From contig JAQGDQ010000799.1 in the NCBI GenBank assembly GCA_030141605.1, forward strand, positions 1 to 32,238: a stretch of 32,238 nt of DNA. The letters are read 5' to 3'. The notes beneath the pieces were generated by a model. The model was not told where the DNA came from and did no database searches. It was given only the letters and a program-made list of their open reading frames with translations. The number at the start of each line of letters is the position of its first letter. Position 1 is the stretch's first letter. Below are positions 24,371 to 32,238 of the stretch, piece by piece. Origin of the DNA: Tubiluchus corallicola (lineage: Eukaryota > Animalia > Priapulida). Position numbers and translations under genes: made by a program.

Positions 24371-24812
24371 AAGCAAAACCGGACCCAATCTTAAATTGTA
24401 GGCAAAAACAATCTACTCTTTAAAATGCTGAAAAGAAACATACTATTTTATCAATGGCTTACGTGAAAGAATTATTACCACACAAACACAATTTCACGTT
24501 CGCGCCACTAGTTCTTCGCCGTTACATGCATTTCGCCATTCGCTAATCAGACGGGCACTAGCGCCTGCATTTCAAAAATGCATTGCACAAAAAACAGGTG
24601 CTGTACCTCTCAGTTCAGATTTGTTAGTTTCTGACGAAGTACACACGTTCGACAGCTCATGCGTGAGCACAGTAGTAAATTTGAAATTTGAATTTTTATC
24701 TTAAAACTTGCCTAGTTTTAGTACAACACACTGAATATCTCACAGTAGCACTGTAATTCAATTTTCGCTTTCGCAAACACGTGCAACACGCTCGTGGAAT
24801 ATTTCTGCTGCT
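24371..24812 (-). mobile_element. Family C copy, truncated
   Basis: Colinear with 30689-31135. Confidence 0.82.
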
Positions 24813-25409
24813 GAGACCAAACAGCACCGAGCTTGCACTGCTGTCGCATCAACCCAAAACGAAACCTTCAGAGCATGACTCCAAGATATACGCATACGAA
24901 GAAAACAAACACTTTCTTACCAACCAACTTTTTTCAAATGCTAAGAAGTTTGATTTGCTTATTTTCATTAACATACAAAAGACTGTTAAAGTTCGTTTCA
25001 AGAATAAATTAAGTTTGGTAGAGTTACGCCCGATGCAAACCATGCGTACGAAAAGGTAGTACGTAAGTGGTATAAAACTTCGAGACGATTTCTTTAAGCT
25101 TGATATAAGTGGGGGAGGGGGGAGGTTCCTTGTGCTAGAGTAACGAAAGCACGTTACTAAAATTATATGAAAGTAGTTGCTGTGTGAAAAGCATGTCTTA
25201 TTAAAAACCATCGTAAAGTGCCTTTGCTACGTATCCACAACCTTGCGCTAAGAGCGCCCGGGGCCACGATTTCACACGCTCCACTCGAGGCCTCCACGAT
25301 TACCCAAAGGACAAGAAAAGGGGCACCTGCACCACTCACTAACCAAAAAACGTATTTTTAATCATATTGACAAGTTACAGTAATTTTAAATTTTATTTAG
25401 TTAGTGACG

Positions 25410-25658
25410 TGTACGCTACCGAATGCTCTGATGTTTTTTCAAACTTTACGAAATGTTATCTAAACTTGTTTCAAATGACCTGTCGTGAAAATGGCTGCGT
25501 CTAACGGCGGTCACCGCGGGAGTTTAAATTTACATGTTTCATACAGCGTGACTACCGATTGAAGTCCTGCACGCAAAAAGGCAGTGCGTAAGCGATATAA
25601 AATTTCAAATCGAATTTTTTAAGCTTTATGTTTATGAAGGCTTCTCTTGTGCTTTAAT
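25410..25658 (+). mobile_element. Family E copy
   Basis: Homolog of 14315-14610, ends TTGTGCTTTAA. Confidence 0.75.
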
Positions 25659-26181
25659 AAGTTTCCGGTGTGAACGAAGCTTCTTGATACTGCGAACGCA
25701 CTGAAACGATTCACTCGTGTATCTATGGTTTCAATGTTTTCCTTGCAGATCGTTTGTTTATCTGTTTTGTAATTTCAGTTTATTGTTGCCACTTACCGTT
25801 CAAAAAAAGTTATATTGTCACTGGATTTTAATTTTGCTAACTTGTAGAAGATACTTAAACTCTCAACACAGATTAAAACATACTTATGGCCAACAGTTTC
25901 ACAAGAGAGCCTAAATAATTTGCCGATGCTCTTTATAGAAAATTGCTTACAAAAACCACTGACTTTGAAATGATCTTGAAAGATTTCTCGGATAAAAAAG
26001 CCAGAAAAGTCTGTTTTCAGAAGGTCTATGCGCAAACAGTATGTCAGTAATTATCATGACTTGTAAGAAACATTAAATATTTCATACAGGTTTTCAATTT
26101 CTAGTACATATCATTGTGGCTAATGGTAGAGAGCCTCAAGTCCTCAAAGCTTTTTGGCTGAGACTGAGTACTACACGAAGC

Positions 26182-26494
26182 AAGTGGCGGCTCGTAGCTG
26201 AAATTACTAGGGGTGCTGTTTCAGAGCATTACATTGAGAAACGTTACATGACCTCCAAACAGCAAACACGGGAAGAAAAACAATGCATTTTTTTTACTTC
26301 ACAGCCGCAAAGATAACATTTCCATTGGTACCATTCGGAATTAAAGCCACTCCTTCTTGTTGTTTCTTATTCCTGGTTGAGATATTTGAATATATTTCCG
26401 GGAAGCACAAAACATCAATCTACAGCTTTTGCAGGATAGAGGGCGCCACTAACAACTTTCTAATTGGCCCTCACACTCCCTAGCACAGACCCTG
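26182..26494. mobile_element. Possible degenerate hAT-type MITE
   Basis: Left end AAGTGGCGGCTCGT matches the TIR at 28847-28860; right end ...CCCTAGCACAGACCCTG; no clear TSD. Confidence 0.35.
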
Positions 26495-26650
26495 TCTAAT
26501 AGGTAGAAAAACCGATTGCGGGACAGGTTTCTCTTAAACTTATTATGCCGCTAGGAGGCGTATGCATAGCACACTTGAAGCGAAGGGCTATGACCTTATA
26601 ACAATAACCGAAATTGGGTATCATTATCTGAAACTTGCTACTGTTAACGT

Positions 26651-28091
26651 TAAGTGTTTTTCCACATGAATAGAAAATAAGTGTTTTTTCACATGAAAAG
26701 AACATAAGCGTTTTTCCACATGAAAAGAACATAAGTGTTTTTCCACATAAAAAGAACATAAGTGTTTTTTCCACAAGGAAATAACATAGGTGTTTTTTCC
26801 ACATGAAAAGAACATAAGTGTTTTTTCCACATGAAAAGAGCATGTGTTTTTTCCACATGAAAAGAACATAATTGTTTTTTCCACATGAAAAGAACATAAT
26901 TGTTTTTTCCACATGAAAAGAACATAATTGTTTTTTCCACATGAAAAGAACATAAGCGTTTTTCCACATGAAAAGAACATAAGTGTTTTTCCACATGAAA
27001 AGAACATAAGTGTTTTTTCCACAAGGAAATAACATAGGTGTTTTTTCCACATGAAAAGAACATGTGTTTTTTCCACATGAAAAGAGCATGTGTTTTTTTC
27101 CACATGGAAAGAACATAGGTGTTTTTTCCACATGAAAAGAACATAATTGTTTTTTCCACATGAAAAGAACATAATTGTTTTTTCCACATGAAAAGAACAT
27201 AAATGTTTTTCCACATGAAAAGAACATAAGTGTTTTTTCCACATGAAAAGAACATGTGTTTTTTCCACATGGAAAGAACATGTGTTTTTTCCACATGGAA
27301 AGAACATAAATGTTTTTCCACATGAAAAGAACATAAGTGTTTTTTCCACATGAAAGGAACATAAGTGTTTTTTCCACATGAAAACAACATAAGTGTGCTT
27401 TATCCACATGAAAATAACATAAGTGTTTTTCCCACGAAAACAACATAAGTGTTTTTCCCATGAAAACAACATAAGTGTTTTTCCCATGAAAAGAACATGT
27501 GTTTTATCCACATGAAAATAACATGTGTTTTTCCTACGAAAACAACATAAGTATTTTTCCACATGAAAACAACATAAGTGCTTTATCCACATGAACATAA
27601 CATAAGTGTTTTTCCCACGAAAACAACATAAGTGCTTTATCCACATAAAAATAACATACGTGTTTTTTCCACATGAAAAGAACATAAGTGTTTTTTCCAC
27701 ATGAAAACAACATAAGTGCTTTATCCACATGAAAATAACATACGTGTTTTTCCCACGAAAACAACATAAGTATTTTTTCAAACATGAAAACAACATAAGT
27801 GCTTTATTCACATGAAAATAACATAAGTGTTTTTCCCACGAAAACAACATAAGTGTTTTGCCATGAAAACAACATGTGTTTTTGCCATGAAAACAACATA
27901 AGTGTTTTGTGTTTTTTGTGTGTTTTTGTGTGTTTTGTGTGTTTTTTGTGTTTTTGGTGTGTTTTTTTGTGTGTTTTTGTGTGTTTTTGTGTTTTTTTGT
28001 GTGTTTTTCCCATGAAAACAACATAAGTGTTTTTCCATGAAAACAACATAAGTGTTTTTCCTATGAAAACAACATAAGTGTTTTTCCCCAC
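26651..28091. repeat. About 27-bp minisatellite (AAGTGTTTTTTCCACATGAAAAGAACAT), about 50 copies, with a TG-rich low-complexity insert at about 27901-28005
   Basis: Direct reading; explains the 233-466 aa repetitive ORFs. Confidence 0.98.
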
Positions 28092-28405
28092 ATTCTGGTC
28101 ACGGTTATAAGTTACCTGGCAGATTTTAGTTAATTCCTAACATCTAAATAATTTCTAAATTATTTAGTAATAGATGGAAAGATTTATTATATCATTACAA
28201 TATCATACACTAATCTCTAGAAAATGTTTGAAAACACAAATAATAAACTATACTGATAATAAACACCATATTACAAGTGTTATTACAATGTAAAAATGGG
28301 CAGTAGATTTTAAAAAGTAGTCCAATAGACATGTTATTAATGTTTTGTCATGAATTGATCTCCTGAAAAATGAGATTTTTGCTACAGTAAAGAAGTCTAG
28401 AGGTC

Positions 28406-28860
28406 TAGTGGCAGCTGACATTTACTGGGGGAGGTGCAAAATTAAAAAAAATTTAGCTATTGTTTTAATGCTGTGGAAAACGAAACAAACATGTGTAACT
28501 TTTTTAAACAAAAACTTGACAAAAAATATTGTTCGCTTACGAATAGAATAAATTGCCGCAGTTCAAGAATATACCGATACACGGCTTTTAAACGCGTGAC
28601 AACTGACAACAGACACTGCGTGAGGGACAGTACTCTTTCTACCTAAAGAACAGCGTCTCATCTCAGACATGCGCGTATGGCCGCAAGCATGCAACAGTCA
28701 AACAGAAAGTTGCTGGGGCTGTGAAGCAAACAGTACTACCCTCACGTGCTCCGGTTCCGAAAGAACTAAAGAAAAAAACCTATATTGAATATTATCGATA
28801 ATAATGAGTGAAAACAGGGGGCGCTGCAGTACCAAAGTACCTATACACGAGCCGCCACTG
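28406..28860. mobile_element. hAT-like MITE, about 455 bp
   Basis: TIRs TAGTGGCAGCT / AGCCGCCACTG; 8-bp flanks TAGAGGTC (left) and AAGAAGTC (right), with an exact AAGAAGTC at 28390-28397. Confidence 0.6.
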
Positions 28861-30685
28861 AAGAAGTCAACAAAGTAAAATATTAATATTGAAGGAGGTT
28901 CATAATTTCTTCAAGCTTCTCAAATGGAGGGAATGTTCCCATAACGCTTATCACATTACCTCTTTGTAAGGCAACAGATGAAGGCAGTAATAAAAAGCTT
29001 GTAGACCTAGTCTCCCTCGTGGCACAGTGAATTCATTTGCCTAAAGTACTAAGAAATTTATTTTCCTTCTGTGCCAATAGTGACAAAAGTTCCAACGACA
29101 ATTGGTACAAATTTGGCAAAAAACTGGGTATTTCGTATATTTTCTGATTTCGGCTAACTAAGCTGCATCGTTGCACTTGTTACACAATAGTTGTAGCGGT
29201 GCAGGGCAGATGCCTAGTCTAAAACGTGATAGATAAGAAAATTACTAAGCAGATAAGTTCAGGAACTAATATTTATCACATTCAGACCGCGCCGACAGTA
29301 GAATCTATAGACTGCATAAGTAGCAACACGTGATCGACTACCGATTCTGGCTCATGTAATCTTTCCATCAAATACATAAAATGTGATCCAGGTCCAGAAA
29401 TTAGAATATGGGGCCCACCCGAGGCTACAGTCAATTAAAGTTTCGATTAATTAATTAGTCAATTAATAATTCGAGGATAAACGCAAACCCGCAAGGGCTT
29501 ACAGTGTGCTTTCTCATCCGCCATTAAGGAATCGATTGAGTGTTATAGTATAGAGTGTCAACGTTGTAAAATATTTAAACAACTAAAATTACAAAATCAA
29601 GTTAGTTCTGAAACTACTTGAAAAATTAGTACACTAAAAACTTGATAGCTTAAGTAAACATACCGCTGTGATGAGTAAAAATAATAAAATGCTCTGACAA
29701 TTTCCTCCGTGCTGGTCTCAAACATAATGAGCTGTATGAAATCAGTCTCGAACGCCTGTACAAAACAAACCAGTCAGCACACGACGACACGACAACTTCC
29801 ACAGTGACAAGACGAAAGTCTGATTAAGCGATTATTAATTAGTCAACTCAAGCTGACCATCTGGGTACACACAAAATCTTATTCGCTATTAGAAGGCATG
29901 GTATTAATCATCAAACACGCGGCATTTTACACAAACTTACAGCACTCGCTGGTCTCCATTTTAACAAAATTTTACGCGGCTTTCTTGTTTCACAAGCGCG
30001 TATTTTTATTTGGGCAATTTGGCCATGGAAACGGACTCGTGAACTTTACAAAAATAGGGGTGCGTTGCCTGCTTGCGCCATTCGGGAATATCGAAAGTTG
30101 TTTGTTTTTAACTGACCCTAGGATTCTTTACGGCTCTCCAGAATTGAGCTTCTTCCCGTGTTTATACACATTTGAAGTTTTCAAGAGATTTGGACTTTCA
30201 AAACAAACACAGCATAAAAGTAAATAATGCTGCGCTTCGGTTGCCGAACTCGATCTCTCCCCTAATGTCCCGACGTTGTGTTTCGCTCGATACACAAGCT
30301 AGACTTGTTCTAAGTTCCACACGGGTAACCAACCAGTTCTAAAATGTTTCAGAAATGCTTGTTAATATTGATGAATCGCCCGGTACCTTGCAGCAAAATG
30401 GATAATGTTTAACTTTCTACATCGATTACGCTCAAAATTTATGTTAATTACAAATTCTTACAATGTGTTTTCATGCAACAAAGTGCAGGTTTTTCATTAC
30501 ATTTTGGCATAATGAAAATTCGCAATGCGGGCGTCTACTGCCGAGATACAGAACTGGATTATGCAATTGGCTAGTATAGGCCGCAGCCTAGGGCTCACGT
30601 TGCAGAACAAACTGGTTTTTCATTATGGTTGTGTTGAAATATGTGCTAATTTGGTTGGCAATAAATAGTTAAATAGTGGTGTTTC

Positions 30686-31310
30686 TTAAAGCAAAACTGG
30701 ACCCAATCTTAAACTGTAGGTCATAACTATCTACTCTGTTAAACATTGAAAGGAAACATACTATTTTTTTCAAGAATGACTTATGTGAAAGAATTATTAC
30801 CACACAAACACAATTTCACGTTCGCGCCACTAATTCTTTGCTGTTACATGATTTCGTCATTCGCTAGTTAGACGGACACTAGCGCCTGCATTTCGGAAAC
30901 GCACTGCACAAAAAACAGGTGCTGTACCTCTCAGTTCAGATGTGTTAGTTTGCAACGAACTACACAGATTCGACAGTTCACGCATGAGCACAGCAGTATA
31001 TTTGAAATTTCAATTTTTGTCTTAAGACTTGCCTAGTTTTAGTACAACACACTGAATATCTTACAGTAGCACTGCACTTCAATTTTCGCTTTTGCAAACA
31101 CATTCAACACGCTCGTGAAATATTTTTGCTGTTGACAATTATGTTAGTTTGTGATGTCATCAATAAATGGGCTCGACTGCCGTTAATTAATTTTTTAATC
31201 TATTATTCAATTATCGGAAACGTTTTCGCAGTATTAATTTCGTTAAAACGTATACTTTTATCGGATTTGAAAATGGGGCAGTATATGAAAAATCATCCTT
31301 CCTTCCTTAA
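30686..31310 (-). mobile_element. Family C TTAA-MITE, complete copy
   Basis: Ends TTAAAGCAAAACTGGACCC ... ATCATCCTTCCTTCCTTAA; inverted homolog of 12361-13016. Confidence 0.85.
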
Positions 31311-32006
31311 CAGAATACTTTTTGACAAACAAAACATTCTAGTTTATTCGAAGAATTTGCAATAAGATTAAATCAGGCTATGCAAATGTCGCTAAAAACA
31401 TATCACACGTATAAAATATTCAAGACATGTGCGGCGAGATAGAGGGTGGTTCCATCTGAGGGAGCCCCACAATTTTATTACCCTAGGGGCTCCAAAGATC
31501 GTAATTCGCCCATGGTCTTGTAAATAAAATATCGGTACCTATAATTGCCTATTGATGGCAGCACCTACCAACATTGTGTACAGGAAGTACTAATGGAAGT
31601 TACACAGCAGTGCAAATTGCAAATAAAAGGGCTATAGTTTAGTCCTTAATAACGAGTAACATTCCGGTCTTACCACAATTATGCACAATAAGTAGACCCT
31701 TCCATTGGATACCTATAGATAGCTGACTTCCAAGTGTATTCATACGCATTCAATGCTAATAAAACTGCGAGGTCAATACCCAAACGTCACCTGGCTATAA
31801 TGGCTGCTGTTTTTGTTGAATACAAAAACGTCTGCTGATTTAATTACATAAATGAACATAGGTTTGACGTGATCAATAAGTAATGTTCATATAGGTCTGT
31901 ATGTAATATGTACAAGTTATGTTAGTTTAGGTTGTATCAATATTTGGTTTTACCTTTTGTATGCATGCCTGTTCTACTTTTCGTTGAGCGCAAACTTCAC
32001 CATGTG

Positions 32007-32131
32007 ACAGCAACGGTAACAGCAGCAACAACAACAACAGCAGCAGCAACAACAACAACAACAACAACAACAATAGCGGAAGTAGCATCAACAACAAGAA
32101 CAGCAGCAGCAGCAGCAACAACAACAACATC
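32007..32131. repeat. (CAA/CAG)n microsatellite
   Basis: Direct reading. Confidence 0.93.
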
Positions 32132-32201
32132 GTTAATAATGATTAACACATCAACGACAGAAATCAACAAACTAACTTTAGTAACTTTAGTTACCTTTTA
32201 A

Positions 32202-32203
<2 letters not shown>

Positions 32204-32237
<34 letters not shown>
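32204..32237. repeat. (CT)n microsatellite at the window end
   Basis: Direct reading. Confidence 0.97.

Positions 32238-32238
<1 letters not shown>

Noticed and set aside
26496-28091. Long ORFs of 233-466 aa on the minus strand
   Set aside because: They lie within the 27-bp minisatellite, are open in several frames and have purely periodic translations with no domain motifs.
29898-30227. 109-aa plus-strand ORF
   Set aside because: No recognisable motif or supporting exon structure; the splice signals in this region are on the opposite strand.
31927-32201. Poly-L and poly-T/A (mucin-like) ORFs
   Set aside because: Translation of the (CAA/CAG)n microsatellite; no splice or homology support.

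Overview
AT-rich, repeat-dense eukaryotic genomic DNA, most likely from an invertebrate animal; the 5S-like sequence looks spiralian/mollusc-like from memory. The only well-supported gene is an intron-containing lysosomal-type beta-hexosaminidase (GH20, HEXA/HEXB-like) on the minus strand. Nine coding exons (17348 down to 4292) splice in frame with GT-AG boundaries into 403 codons: signal peptide, GH20b domain and the N-terminal part of the catalytic barrel including the D-E pair. The remaining 3' exons must lie left of the window. The introns and upstream region are filled with tandem repeats (104-, 123-, 163-, 67-, 57-, 27-, 22- and 17-bp units plus microsatellites) and non-autonomous DNA-transposon remnants (several TTAA-AGG-ended Kolobok-type families, plus Tc1/mariner-, hAT- and Harbinger-like elements). 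The most unusual element is a full-length 5S rRNA-derived head with no terminator, fused to a tandemly duplicated body ending in an RTE-LINE-type 3' end (20047-20644): a candidate SINE3/RTE chimera. Nearly all long ORFs in the supplied track are repeat artefacts. No CRISPR, prokaryotic-type operon or autonomous transposase ORF was seen. Family assignments of repeats come from terminal motifs and memory, not database searches.
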